DNA of 64,000 nucleotides from a virus. Its lineage: Duplodnaviria > Caudoviricetes. The notes beneath the pieces are model-generated. The model worked only from the letters and a program-made list of their open reading frames with translations. It searched no databases and was not told where the DNA came from. Shown piece after piece: positions 9,750 to 20,600 of the stretch. Location of the stretch: the IMG/VR virus record IMGVR_UViG_3300033513_000004, positions 2,053 to 66,052 of that record; one strand, written 5' to 3'. Position 1 is the first letter of the stretch; each line of letters begins with the position of its first letter. A program made the translations under genes and the position numbers.

Positions 9750-10349
9750 ATGAACCCAGCAAGTTCGTTCGAAGACGCTTTCCAATGGATTCTTGAAGCC
9801 GAGGGGCCGGACACGAATGACCCGGACGACCCAGGCGGTCTGACGCGGTTCGGCATCGCCCAGAAGCGACATCCTGAGGTGGACGTTGCGACCCTCACCG
9901 AGGAGGACGCCAAGAGGATCTACCGCGAGCAGTATTGGGACCAGATTCACGGTGACGAGCTTCCCCCGGTGCTGGCGCTGGTCGTGTTCGACGGCGCTGT
10001 GGTCCAAGGGGTAGGGCGGTCGATCTTCTGTCTTCAGGAAGCTCTCGGAGTCGAGACGGATGGATTGGTAGGACCGAAGACGGTTGCTGCTGCCTTCGAG
10101 CAGGGGCTAGGGGTGCTGACGAAGTTCCTGAGCCTGAGGGCTCATGCGTACATGGATCTGGTCATTAGAAAGCCCGTTATGCTGAAGTACCTCAAGGGCT
10201 GGATTGGACGCCTGATCCGAGTCCGGCAGAGGGCGCTCCGACTATGGGGCGACTCGCAGACTTCCCACTTCTACCAGGAGGCATGTACCTGTGCTGACAC
10301 CGGAACAGTTGTGGACAGCCAAAATCCTAGCATTGATCCTGATCTCTAG
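9750..10349 (+). CDS. endolysin, glycoside hydrolase family 108 with PG-binding C-terminal domain
   Basis: EGPDTNDPDDPGGLTRFGIAQ matches the GH108 EGGxxxxxxDxGGxTxxGI motif. Also YWDQIHGDELP, VFDGAVVQG and YLKGWIGR. Confidence 0.85.
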   Translation: MNPASSFEDAFQWILEAEGPDTNDPDDPGGLTRFGIAQKRHPEVDVATLTEEDAKRIYREQYWDQIHGDELPPVLALVVFDGAVVQGVGRSIFCLQEALGVETDGLVGPKTVAAAFEQGLGVLTKFLSLRAHAYMDLVIRKPVMLKYLKGWIGRLIRVRQRALRLWGDSQTSHFYQEACTCADTGTVVDSQNPSIDPDL

Positions 10350-10539
10350 CTGGGGAATCGCCTGCGTGGGCCTCTTGTGGCTGGAGTGGAAGACCCTCTC
10401 TGACTCGCACCGGGATAACCACATTACAGCAGTGGTCAAGAGACTTCTCCAGGAGGAGTCGGCCAGGGGACCGATCTTCGGGCTGCTGTTCGCTATCGTC
10501 GGTATGACTGCGTTCATCTTCGGACATCTATTCTGGTGA
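10291..10539 (+). CDS. two-TM membrane protein (lysis-associated?)
   Basis: 82 aa, GTG start, two hydrophobic helices, overlaps the endolysin 3' end. Confidence 0.45.
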   Translation: MLTPEQLWTAKILALILISSWGIACVGLLWLEWKTLSDSHRDNHITAVVKRLLQEESARGPIFGLLFAIVGMTAFIFGHLFW

Positions 10540-10542
10540 TCT

Positions 10543-10842
10543 ATGAGCATAGTAGGGTGGATTAAACTGTGGTGGGCTGCCAGGAAGGCAGTCAATACCT
10601 TGGAGAAGGAGTTACCCGTGTACGACAAGAGAAAGACGATTCTGAAGGGCCTGTGGGGGTTGCTGATCGGAGTGGTTGCTGTGGCGGCTCAGGCCGGGGC
10701 CGGGTGGCTGGCCGACTCCGATACCGTCATGGGGGTTCTTGCGGCTGCCGGACTGGACAAGGATGTCATCTCAGGGGTGACACCCATCGTGGTGGCCCTT
10801 GCCCTGATGCTGAAGAACTGGCTTAGCAATCGAGGGAAGTAA
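10543..10842 (+). CDS. putative holin
   Basis: 99 aa with 2-3 hydrophobic segments and a basic C-terminus, beside the endolysin. Confidence 0.5.
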   Translation: MSIVGWIKLWWAARKAVNTLEKELPVYDKRKTILKGLWGLLIGVVAVAAQAGAGWLADSDTVMGVLAAAGLDKDVISGVTPIVVALALMLKNWLSNRGK

Positions 10843-10847
10843 CCTCG

Positions 10848-11132
10848 ATGAAGCCCCTCGGTGAGGACTACAGGCGCACCTTCATCGTCCCTGGGGTTAC
10901 TGCTCAGGGACGCTGGGGAGGTGTGCGTCTTGACGGTCCCACCACAGCCATCCCAGACGGACAGTTCAGGTGGCTGCAAAACACCAGACGCGAAGGGAAT
11001 GAGGTTGTTGTCCGAGGAGGAGAGAGCAAGGCTACATCCGCCCTCTCCGGGACCGAGATAACCGGGATCTACCAGTCCACAGACGGAGACATCGAAGTCT
11101 CCCCCAAGATCATCTACTTCAGGGAGGTATGA
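10848..11132 (+). CDS. stand-alone N-terminal segment of tail nozzle/hub protein
   Basis: 94 aa. WGGVR...IPDGQF..LQN.R...RGG, paralogous to the first ~90 aa of the next ORF. Confidence 0.6.
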   Translation: MKPLGEDYRRTFIVPGVTAQGRWGGVRLDGPTTAIPDGQFRWLQNTRREGNEVVVRGGESKATSALSGTEITGIYQSTDGDIEVSPKIIYFREV

Positions 11133-12655
11133 TGAAGAAGCCACTGGCCCCAGGGTTCAACCGCAAGGAGTTCTACCCAGGGGTTACTGTCGAGGGGGAT
11201 TGGGGTGGAATGCGTAAAGAGGGGTCCACCTCGGAGATCCCCGATCTACAGTTCAGCCACCTCCAGAATGTCAGGAGAGGGTCTGGAGAGCTTGAGATCA
11301 GAGGGGGACAGAGCAAGGCTAACTCAGTGGCTCTCTCCGGGACTGAAGTGACTGGTATCTATCAGGATACCGAGATGGATGTTGGTGGAGCGAGGGTTTA
11401 TTATATGCAAGAGACCATTACACCAGGGGTTGCTAGCTTTTTCGTCCCCAAGAGGACGGCTGGGGCTAATGGTTGCATAGAGTGGAATGGGGTGACCAAG
11501 ACTCCTAGTATTGTCTTGTCATGGCCTACCCTCCCGACTGTAGCCACCCCAAGCGTGTCTGCAAAGGTTGGGAATACGATTGTGATAGTGACCAATGGCA
11601 GCGACTGGGTAGCTCCAAACTACCGTTGGTACATCATCCATAGGACTGACGCAGGTATGGGAGTCAGCCCATTGACGTTGATGCACACCGAACTTACTGG
11701 GACCAGGAGCAGTTCTGGTTACTCTGCATCCTACCTTTCTTCTGGGAACATAGCAGTTATCGGCAATAACGCTTGGTTCGGACAGCCTGAAAGTGGCACT
11801 GGACAGAGATGGACCAGGGTGTTCAACTGGGATCTAGTTACTGCAACCTTTGAAGAGACCATTGATTGGACTACCTTGGGGTGGGCTAGTGGGAATCAAT
11901 TGGTAACTACCATTGGAACTAAGGGTACTACCCTTATCGCTGCTCACACTAGGTATGACTCTGGGCAACCCATTCCATACCTGATGTCCTTCCGTACCAG
12001 GAGTGCTGGTGGTGTCTGGTCGGCGGTAGCTACTCCAGCTGAGTTAGTAGGGGCAGGTCTTGGATTCCATGCCTTCTGTGCAGTGGAATATGGGGCAGAT
12101 ACCTACATTGGTGGGGCAGCCTACAGGTCTGGAGGACCGTTTGCCTATGCTACCCCGACCATCTACAAGTGGAATGGTACGACCTTGACACTGGCTAGGG
12201 AACTCACTACCGGAGTGCGTAACCCGAACCTGGTATCTGGTAACATCAGGCAGGCAATAACCCAAATGATTTCCTACGGGGGCAAACTCTGGTATTTCTA
12301 CGACAAGAATACTGGGGGCCTTCTGGCTTACGACTACCATCCCTGCATTGGATCATTTGATGGAAGCACTTGGACCGACGTGGCAGTCAACCTCAACACC
12401 AAGGTCTATCATGCCGACCCAGCAGGGACCCTTGACCCAAAGTTCTTCTCCGCCGCATTCATTGGGTATGACAACCTGATGTACGCCCTTCTCAAGGATG
12501 ACCCACGGAGAGTGGTAAATGGGAACTTAATCAGAGCCAGCACTTCTGACCCTACTGGGGCATGGACTGTTGAAAAGTCGGCATGGGATGCCGATGCTTG
12601 GGATGTTACTAGCTTTGAGTACGCTCCTGGGCATGGGATTGAGATATATCCCTGA
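11129..12655 (+). CDS. nozzle N-terminal segment fused to beta-propeller-like domain
   Basis: 508 aa. N-terminus aligns with the preceding ORF. The rest is Trp/Tyr/Gly/Thr-rich blade-like repeats (YGADTYIGG, YGGKLWY, IYKWNGTT). Confidence 0.6.
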   Translation: MMKKPLAPGFNRKEFYPGVTVEGDWGGMRKEGSTSEIPDLQFSHLQNVRRGSGELEIRGGQSKANSVALSGTEVTGIYQDTEMDVGGARVYYMQETITPGVASFFVPKRTAGANGCIEWNGVTKTPSIVLSWPTLPTVATPSVSAKVGNTIVIVTNGSDWVAPNYRWYIIHRTDAGMGVSPLTLMHTELTGTRSSSGYSASYLSSGNIAVIGNNAWFGQPESGTGQRWTRVFNWDLVTATFEETIDWTTLGWASGNQLVTTIGTKGTTLIAAHTRYDSGQPIPYLMSFRTRSAGGVWSAVATPAELVGAGLGFHAFCAVEYGADTYIGGAAYRSGGPFAYATPTIYKWNGTTLTLARELTTGVRNPNLVSGNIRQAITQMISYGGKLWYFYDKNTGGLLAYDYHPCIGSFDGSTWTDVAVNLNTKVYHADPAGTLDPKFFSAAFIGYDNLMYALLKDDPRRVVNGNLIRASTSDPTGAWTVEKSAWDADAWDVTSFEYAPGHGIEIYP

Positions 12656-12664
12656 GGTACTCCA

Positions 12665-13570
12665 ATGGCTTGGTGGCTCTACTACTACGACGACGACAAG
12701 AAGACCAGCGACTTCACTGCCGATCCATTCTTCAGGGAGCCTCACGTCACTGGGGTTGTCCCGACATCAAACTATCTACTCCACACAGATGGGTTGCTCT
12801 ACTCTGGTGGGTACATTGGAACTGCCGCCACTGGATACCTGGTCCAGTGGAGACCCCCAGGATCTCAGTTGGTCCTGTCGGGAGTCACCGCCATAAGGCA
12901 CATTGTCTCGTGGAGTGGCTCTCTCTGGTTCGTATCGTGGGATGGGGCAGCCCAAGGTACGCTCCACAAGTGGGATGGAGTTACTCTTTCCACCAAGGAC
13001 TCCACCGGGATACTCACCCTTCCCAAGTTGATAGCCACCAGGGACTCCATAGTGATGGCATTCGCTGGGACCGGGAATGTCATCAGGAGGTACTCGCTCA
13101 CTGCCGGGACTGCCTCCAACTTGGCAATGCCTGGGACTACCTTTGGAGTCACTAACTACGCCTCCTACGAGCAGTTGGTAGAGTACAAGGGTAAGGTCTA
13201 CATCTTTGGCACCGACTCTACCGGGGCTACGATCTACTCGGTGGATGGGACTACAGTGGCGGTGGCCAGAACGGGTCTGGCAGGGACTGCCCGGACTCTG
13301 GCAGTGTTCAACGGATACCTCTACTACCTAGTAGGGAGCTATCTCGGTAGATACAATGGTGCAGCCTGGGACGATACCCACAGCGATGTCTCGGCTCTCA
13401 CCCCGAAGAGACTGGTCCAGTACAAGGGGAATCTCCTGTTGTTCGACTCTACGGCAGTCCACAAGTCCAGTGGGACCGACACTACGACATGGACCGCTAC
13501 CGCCAGTACATCCACTACCGACGCCCACCCAGGCCAGGCCCCAGGTGATGTCTTCTACGGAGTCTACTGA
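12665..13570 (+). CDS. beta-propeller-like tail protein
   Basis: 301 aa with blade motifs WSGSLWF, YKGKVYI, FNGYLYY, YKGNLLL and HKWDG/RYNG. Confidence 0.6.
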   Translation: MAWWLYYYDDDKKTSDFTADPFFREPHVTGVVPTSNYLLHTDGLLYSGGYIGTAATGYLVQWRPPGSQLVLSGVTAIRHIVSWSGSLWFVSWDGAAQGTLHKWDGVTLSTKDSTGILTLPKLIATRDSIVMAFAGTGNVIRRYSLTAGTASNLAMPGTTFGVTNYASYEQLVEYKGKVYIFGTDSTGATIYSVDGTTVAVARTGLAGTARTLAVFNGYLYYLVGSYLGRYNGAAWDDTHSDVSALTPKRLVQYKGNLLLFDSTAVHKSSGTDTTTWTATASTSTTDAHPGQAPGDVFYGVY

Positions 13571-15318
13571 TGGCGGTATTTGTCACCACTAGGAACTCTG
13601 CTTGGAGCAGTGGCTACACCGGGTATCTCTACAAGAGGTCCCTCAACCGAACCACGAGTGCGTGGAGCATGACTGCCCTGGATCTTCCCTCCAATGTAGC
13701 CACCCTGAACGTAAGGCCCTCCTTCGCTACCTATCGTAGGAGAACCTACATAGCCGGGATGTTCTCGGACATCCTGGTGATCGGGGAAGATCAGAAGGTC
13801 TACAAGGCAGGGCTCCATGCACACCCCGCTGCTCCCACCGTGGTAGGGGCTGCCGGTGGCACCGTCACCGGAGAGGCCCGCTGCTACATCTCCTTCGTCC
13901 ACAAGATCGGTAACTTGGATGTGTCTGAGTCCAACCTAAGCCCGGTTACCGTTGTCACCCTGGCCAGTCAAGCTAGAGCATGGACTCTGCCTACTACCTC
14001 CATGGACCCCCACACCACTCATGTCAGGGGATGGGTTGGCATGTACGGGGCTATCCCGAGGAGAGCCTTTGAGACGACTCTAGGGTCTGCTGCCATTACT
14101 GAGGGAGTCCCTACTGCCGAGCTTCTAGAGATGCCCATGTTCTACAACGATGGGACTCTCTACGTCAATGACAATGGAGTGCCACCGTACTGCAAGTACA
14201 TCAAGGCATACCATGGGAGGATGATCTACGCGGGAGACCCGCAACACCCCTACAGACTGTGGTACTCGGAGTTGGACAGACCCACCGCAGTAGGGGAGAC
14301 CGATGCCAGCTATCTAGACACTACCGATGGGGAGGCCATCACCGGACTGGGACTCCACGGGGAGTCTCTGGTGGTGTTCTGCAACAGGGCCACCTATCTG
14401 GTCAGAGGCTGGACCGATGGCTCCGAGGGGGTGGCCCCGGACCTTGGGATCGACAAGGTTCTCGATGGCATCGGCTGCGTCTCTCATCACTCCATCGTCA
14501 GGATCAACGAGAGGCTCTGGTACGCCGCAGAGGATGGGATCAGGGTCTACGATGGAGGATTCTCTTACCTGATGGAGGATCTCCGTGGCTACTGGAAGGA
14601 CGACTACAAAGCCTACGTTGATGTCTACAAGGACTCGGAGGCCATTGACGACAAGGACTATACCCTCTATCGGTTGCTCATCCCGGACCGTGACGGGTCC
14701 CGCTACTATTGCGCCGACTACTCCGACACGGACCCTACAGTTGGAGGGTCTGGACTTCAACCAGCATGGTCGTTCGATACTCGTGCCCGCAACGACACTG
14801 CCATTGGGACTGTCAGGGATGCAGATGGTCACATCAAGTCTTACACCGGATCAGACGATGGGTATATTCGGCAGGAGAATGTGCTGACCGATGCGGATGA
14901 TGACAATGACACCGACAATAAGGCTTGGGAGATCCTGCTCAAGCACCAGACCTTTGGGGAATTGGCTGGGGATAACGATGAGGGCAAGGAGCTAACTCGG
15001 TTGTTCTTGCAGGCCGAGTCCGAGGATGCCCAATTTACCGTAGCTGTCTATGCCGGTGGGGAAGATGCCCACAATGCCTATACCCCCACATGGTCTCAGG
15101 TAGAGCCTGCTGCCGGACTGACCTACGACCGTGGAGATGGAACAGACGTGATTGCCGTGGCTGAATCCAAGTTCAACTATGTCCCCTCCGGGTGTGCAGG
15201 AGAGGGATTCTTCGTGAAGCTGTCGGGGAGTGCTCAGACCGGGTTCAAATTCCGTGGAGTCGGGTTCGAATATGGACCTGGCCCGTGCAAGAGGCCCTAT
15301 GCAACACTTGCCCCCTAA
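13570..15318 (+). CDS. tail nozzle/hub (P22 gp10 / T7 tube B-like) C-terminal portion
   Basis: 582 aa with GRMIYAGD..RLWYS, DGEAITGL, IGCVSHHSI and a terminal beta domain, typical of podovirus stabilisation proteins. Lacks the usual N-terminal segment. Confidence 0.7.
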   Translation: MAVFVTTRNSAWSSGYTGYLYKRSLNRTTSAWSMTALDLPSNVATLNVRPSFATYRRRTYIAGMFSDILVIGEDQKVYKAGLHAHPAAPTVVGAAGGTVTGEARCYISFVHKIGNLDVSESNLSPVTVVTLASQARAWTLPTTSMDPHTTHVRGWVGMYGAIPRRAFETTLGSAAITEGVPTAELLEMPMFYNDGTLYVNDNGVPPYCKYIKAYHGRMIYAGDPQHPYRLWYSELDRPTAVGETDASYLDTTDGEAITGLGLHGESLVVFCNRATYLVRGWTDGSEGVAPDLGIDKVLDGIGCVSHHSIVRINERLWYAAEDGIRVYDGGFSYLMEDLRGYWKDDYKAYVDVYKDSEAIDDKDYTLYRLLIPDRDGSRYYCADYSDTDPTVGGSGLQPAWSFDTRARNDTAIGTVRDADGHIKSYTGSDDGYIRQENVLTDADDDNDTDNKAWEILLKHQTFGELAGDNDEGKELTRLFLQAESEDAQFTVAVYAGGEDAHNAYTPTWSQVEPAAGLTYDRGDGTDVIAVAESKFNYVPSGCAGEGFFVKLSGSAQTGFKFRGVGFEYGPGPCKRPYATLAP

Positions 15319-15346
15319 ACTGTTGTGTCATAATACCTAACGTAGG

Positions 15347-16141
15347 TTGGAGGCATCCATGGTTTACCAGCTACCAAGCGTACCAATGACATCGTCCCAG
15401 AGACCTATTCCTGGGATGCCTGCGAGCTACCGTCAGGGTGGGGAAGCTTACCAACGGGCGGTTGGAAGGGGAGGACCGTCTACCATCCCTGGTAGTGTTG
15501 GGCAGTATGGGAGTGCTTCTCAGGCCCCCAATGTGAACATCACTGCCCAGAGAGACCCCCAATTGGATGCCCTTCTGGGGCAGCAGCAGCAGTTTGCTGG
15601 GCAGATCGGGTCCCAGTCCGGGGAGATATTCGATGCCGCCAGAGCAGGGATGGATCAGCAGGTGGCTGGTCTGGGGAATGCTGCGGTCCTCAGTGCTCTC
15701 CAGCGTGGTGGGGGTGTGGGTGCCGCTCAGGGCAGAGCGGGAGAGGTTGGGGCTCTGGCCAGATCCCAGGCTGCCAATGCATTGAGAGTCCCGCTGCTGG
15801 GACTGCAACAGCAGGCAATCAACTCCCAACTCCCTACGATCACAGGGCAACTTGGACAGATGCAGGCAGAGAAGGGGATTGGGCTCCAGGCTGCCGGACT
15901 CCAGCAGAATTGGGCGCAGATGAACCAGCAGGCTCAGATGCAACAGGCCCAGTTGGCGGCACAGCAGCAGCAGGCCCTTCTTTCTGCCACTGCCAACATG
16001 CCCCAGAACGTGGCATCGAATTACAGACCTGCTGCTGCAACGAGACCAACCTCAGCTTCAAGCAGGTATGGTGCTGCACCATCCGGTAGAACTCGACCAT
16101 CCAGTTCTAGAAGGGGTGGTCCTAGCAGTGGTCTTGCATAG
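15347..16141 (+). CDS. DNA ejection (pilot) protein
   Basis: 264 aa, Q/A/G-rich helical low complexity, located after the tail genes. Confidence 0.6.
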   Translation: MEASMVYQLPSVPMTSSQRPIPGMPASYRQGGEAYQRAVGRGGPSTIPGSVGQYGSASQAPNVNITAQRDPQLDALLGQQQQFAGQIGSQSGEIFDAARAGMDQQVAGLGNAAVLSALQRGGGVGAAQGRAGEVGALARSQAANALRVPLLGLQQQAINSQLPTITGQLGQMQAEKGIGLQAAGLQQNWAQMNQQAQMQQAQLAAQQQQALLSATANMPQNVASNYRPAAATRPTSASSRYGAAPSGRTRPSSSRRGGPSSGLA

Positions 16142-16150
16142 GAGGCTATC

Positions 16151-16741
16151 ATGCCTATTGATCCTTACAACCTAAGTGGAGCACCGGGGATTACCAATGT
16201 TAGCGGTCCCGGTCTGGCTGGGGTATCTCTCCCCTATGAGCAGGACATGAACAGCATCATTGCCGCCTATCGCAGGGCTTCCAAGTTGAAGGCTCAGCAG
16301 AGTGCGTTCCCTACCCAGGGGGTGGTACGTGGGGGTAATTCTGGCGGAGGGACCGCTGGACCCCCACCGATCCGTGGACTCAGCCAGGCCAGGGATCAAG
16401 GTAGCGACATGGTGCCAGTGACCGTGTGGCGGTCTGTGGCTATGGGAGGTCCGAACAGAACTGGTGGGAACATGGGTACTTACTATGGCTTGCAGCGAGG
16501 ACCCAACGATGTCCCCGCTGGAACTGTCATGGTCCCGCGAGATCAGGCTGCACAGTACCAGTTGTCTATGCCGCAGGGTGGGTTGATTGAGCAACCTGGT
16601 CCTAGTGCTGCTGGACTAGGTAGAGTCGAAACAGCCACACCAGGGAGCAATGAACCTTGGATCAACCCCGGTGCTCTGGCCAACCAAGCAGCGGTTGATG
16701 CTTATAATGCAACCTACTACCCACAGAGTAATAGGGGGTGA
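16151..16741 (+). CDS. putative ejection/internal virion protein
   Basis: 196 aa, G/P/A-rich, ggagg RBS, within the ejection cluster. Confidence 0.5.
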   Translation: MPIDPYNLSGAPGITNVSGPGLAGVSLPYEQDMNSIIAAYRRASKLKAQQSAFPTQGVVRGGNSGGGTAGPPPIRGLSQARDQGSDMVPVTVWRSVAMGGPNRTGGNMGTYYGLQRGPNDVPAGTVMVPRDQAAQYQLSMPQGGLIEQPGPSAAGLGRVETATPGSNEPWINPGALANQAAVDAYNATYYPQSNRG

Positions 16742-16744
16742 GAA

Positions 16745-17677
16745 ATGGCTATTGATTGGTCTTCCGACTTGCCTAACCGGCTGCTTAATAGACCCACATA
16801 CCGCAGTCCTAACCAAGAAGAACTCCGTCGTTACAAGGAGGCCATCAATTCGGCTAAAGGGGCTCTTTGGAATGCTGCCTCTACTGCCACTCCGATTGGG
16901 GAGGAGGTTGGTAGGATGATTGGGGGAGAAGTTGATGTTAGTGGGCTTATGACTTCTCCAGAACCCCCAGTCGATCTACGCTCCAGTCGTGCAGAAGTCT
17001 CCAGGCCCCCCCAGTCTGGGTGGACCCCAGAAGAGAGGGCTCAGTTGCTGGCTGAGGAGTTGTCTGGAGAGGCGGATAATCCGCAGATGGCTCTTGACCG
17101 AGCACAGGAATACGATACCGATAGGGAACTCAGGACTCTCAGGAGATTGGCCTATGGGGTCAGGGAAGTCACCCCAAGTGGGGGGACCCTGAGCCAGACT
17201 GGCATGGCCAAGACGGGTTGGGTTCCAGAATCGGTTGACGAGGATCTGAGACGTCAGTACACACGGGCCAAGAGACTCTCTGAGATGTACGCAGGAGAGG
17301 TCCCAGAGGGTGGAGGGGGACTAACCCGAGAGCAGATAGCTGAGCGTGACATCAACCTTGAGTTGATGAAGGCTAGATATGCTCCAGAGAACAGGGGTAG
17401 AACCGTTGCTGAGGGGAGAATAGGTGCTGCAAGGATGGTCATTGACCAGCTAAACGAGACCCTCGGGATGAAGTACCCCCAAGCGATAGTCGTTGACCCA
17501 GAGACCGGGGAAGCTGTGGGGATTGATTATAGCCTCCTCTCCCAAGAGGGTAGAGAAGAGTACGATCTCGCCATGAAGAGGGCCAGTGAACTCATGGCTG
17601 GAGTCTACCGGCAGAACCCGATGGACGTGTTCCCACAGAATCTAGGGACTACCAATCCAGTTACCCCTACCAAGTAG
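16745..17677 (+). CDS. putative ejection/internal virion protein
   Basis: 310 aa, helical and charged, directly before the giant ORF. Confidence 0.5.
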   Translation: MAIDWSSDLPNRLLNRPTYRSPNQEELRRYKEAINSAKGALWNAASTATPIGEEVGRMIGGEVDVSGLMTSPEPPVDLRSSRAEVSRPPQSGWTPEERAQLLAEELSGEADNPQMALDRAQEYDTDRELRTLRRLAYGVREVTPSGGTLSQTGMAKTGWVPESVDEDLRRQYTRAKRLSEMYAGEVPEGGGGLTREQIAERDINLELMKARYAPENRGRTVAEGRIGAARMVIDQLNETLGMKYPQAIVVDPETGEAVGIDYSLLSQEGREEYDLAMKRASELMAGVYRQNPMDVFPQNLGTTNPVTPTK

Positions 17678-17686
17678 GGAGGTTCA

Positions 17687-20600
17687 ATGTCCTTCCAAGA
17701 TATCGTAGGAAAGGGACTGGACTACTACAATGCCATCCTTGGTAGGATTACAGCCAGTCGAGAGGCTGCAAAGTCCCAGTTCCCTACACTATATAAGTAT
17801 CTAGGGTGGCTTGACCCCTACGAGCAGGCCAAGTTTGGGTTTGACATTCAGAATGCTCCGCTCCAGGGTTGGGGGGCATTGAGTGAAGCTGCTAGGACTG
17901 CACTAACCCCAGAGATACCCACCAGTTGGAAGTTGTCTCCCGAGGGCCAGAAAGCATACTTGAAGCACAGGTTGGCTAGAGAGAGGGGGGAACTTGATGT
18001 CAAGCCTGGACTAGCCGGTGTTCCTGACTTGGCTAAGCAAGTTGTCTCCGATATAGCAGGACAGTCTGGTATCCTCCGACAAGCAGAGACCAAGAGTGGT
18101 GAAGAAGTAGCCATGGAGGGACTAGAGGCTCTTGCCAGGAGTGCCCTTCCGGGGGAGGTTGACAGGTACAGTCCTAATCTTGATCCAATGTCCCCAGAAG
18201 TAAAGCGGATCTGGGGGAAGAGTAACGTAAATGCAGCAGTGGCCGAAACTGTTGGGAGAGGACTTGCCTCCTTTGGTCTACAGATCCCGTTTGAGCCTGA
18301 AGTCCTTGGCTATGAGGTAGGGAAGGCTGCTCTTAGGACCACCAGGAGAATGGCTGGGGAAGTCAGCAAACTAGCAAGGTACAAGCGTATCGCTGCTGGG
18401 ATGGCCACAGACGAGGCCACTAGGTTGAAGCTCCTCAATGAAGCCAGAGAGATTGAGCGTCCTGTAATGGAGGCTGCCAAGTCCACTGCCAGCAAGTTCT
18501 TGGGAGCCAGGGCCGCCGACATTTCTTTGGGGGTTGCGGCGCTACCTGGGATGCTGGAGCAATCGGCTATTGGAGCTAAGGCTGCTGCTGAGGCATATAG
18601 GAGAAGTGGCAAGTTTTGGGACCCTGATGTGATAGGTCCCCTCGTCCAAGCTACGCTGTCTACAGGAATGACTATTGGCATCGGTAAGGATCTCCATGGA
18701 GTCTACACCGAGACCAAGGCAGACATTGCTGCCAAGCGGGACAAGGGGACCGATCTGAAGACCCTCCCAGAGACCACTCCCCCTACTGGGACTCCAAAGT
18801 TGAAGCTAGCAGACCAGATCAGGGAGCAGCGGAGGCAGGCTGCCGAGATTCCTCCTGTGACCATGGAGCAGCAGATTGGGTTTACCGAGGATGACAGGTT
18901 GAAGGGGGCTCGGGCTCTGATCCAGGAGCAGGTCAGGTCTGGCAGACCTACTCCAGTCCAGTACATACTGAAGAGAGTTAACTGGCTGAAGTCAAGTGCA
19001 AAGCAGAATCTAGACGCAGTTCAGTTCATCCGCAACCAACCCCTAGCAGACAAGCAACGTACCGATGCTGCCGGGTATTTGGAGCAGGCCAGAGTTCTGG
19101 AAGGAAAGCTTCAGGGTCTGATGACTCTAGCTGCTGCTGGAAAGGACATCAGGCTGGATTCTACCCTCACTCAACTTGAGGCTGCTGGGTTCAGTGCTGG
19201 GAGACAGCATGTAGAGGATGTGCTAACCACCCACGGGATCAACCTTCCAAAGGAGGGGGCTAGACCGCTTGGAGAGGGGGCATATCACGCTGCTTGGGAT
19301 CTGGGTAAGGCTACCAAGGGAGCATGGAGGGGGCAGGATCTTGTCCTGAGAGTAGGTAGGAAGGAAGGTCCAATTGTCCAAGGGAAGCCTTGGATGATAC
19401 CTGTAGTGTCTACAGTTACCATCCCGGCTACTCCAGGGTATGTCAGGTTGGATGATACTTCTGCTCCTCCAGCAGTGGTCCTTACTGGAATGACGGAGGA
19501 CCCTGGGATCAGTCAGGTAGAGGTCTATGACGTACTGCCCAAGCTGATGTCACCCAAGGAGGCAGGTAAGACCCCACAGCAGTATCTGGAAGACCGTGAC
19601 AGTCTGGTTATGGAGATCGCCGACGACCCCGACTTCAGAACTTGGCTTGAGGATGCAATTACCAGAGGACTGCGACCAGTCCGAGATGCGGATATTCCTG
19701 CCTTGACTACTGTAGCCTATTCCAGGACAGAGGAAGTGGGGATCGTAGACCACAACCTCGGTAACTCCATGTACTACAGTGACCCTGGGGGACTGATCCT
19801 GTATGACCCAAAGAATAATCGGATCATTGCCAGAGCCGACACTGAAAGTGAATTGAGGGACAAGCAACTCTCCCTTGGGGAGGAGGGGAGGAAGCTAGAG
19901 ATCCAGAGGAGAGAGCCGCGTACCGTGCTAGTCATCTCGGATCTTGGTGGGGTTGTTCCTCCTGGTGGGTCCGTTATGAGGCAGGAACTCAGAGCCCCAG
20001 GTTTCGTTGAGATGGGAGCCCCTGCCATGGAGCCGGGGGAGGGAGCACCGATTCCTCCGATTACCCTAGCAGAAGCAGCCAAGCGAGGGGAAGCAATCTT
20101 GGCCCGTAAGCAAGGGAAGAAGCCTCCGACTGCTCCACTAGAGAGGGTCTTTCGGGAGATGGAGGCGGTGGCAGCCAAGGGGATAGAGCAGGGGGTCAGA
20201 ACCCCAGTATCCCCCCGTACAGGGAAGGAGATCGCACAGGGGGCCATCAATACGTTCAAGAAGAGGGGATTCCTGAGTCTGGTGGATCAGGAGATCGACA
20301 CCAAGGACCCCATTGCATCCATCGCATTCCTGACCCGGTTCCTGCGGAGGCCCTACGAGGTCTCCATGATCCTGGGGTTCAGGGGGGATGGCAAGGTGGT
20401 GGTACACAAGGCCGTCACGTCCGCCAAGTCTACCAAGTCCTCCAGGAGATCCCCGGAGTGGGCTGAGGCTCTAACCCAAGCAGCCAACTCCAAGGATATC
20501 GACTTCTTCTACACCATCCACAACCACACAGGTGGAGATCCAATTGCCAGTACCACCGACAGTAAGGCTGTCAAGGCACAGTTCAGGGCACTGGGGGAGA

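Noticed and set aside
9048-10842. Spanin pair in the lysis cassette
   Set aside because: No lipobox-bearing nested or adjacent ORF was found. The membrane proteins cannot be assigned beyond holin-like.
10848-11400. Duplicated nozzle N-terminus as a DGR template/variable repeat pair
   Set aside because: Mismatches are mostly synonymous third-position changes rather than adenine-specific, and no reverse transcriptase is present.
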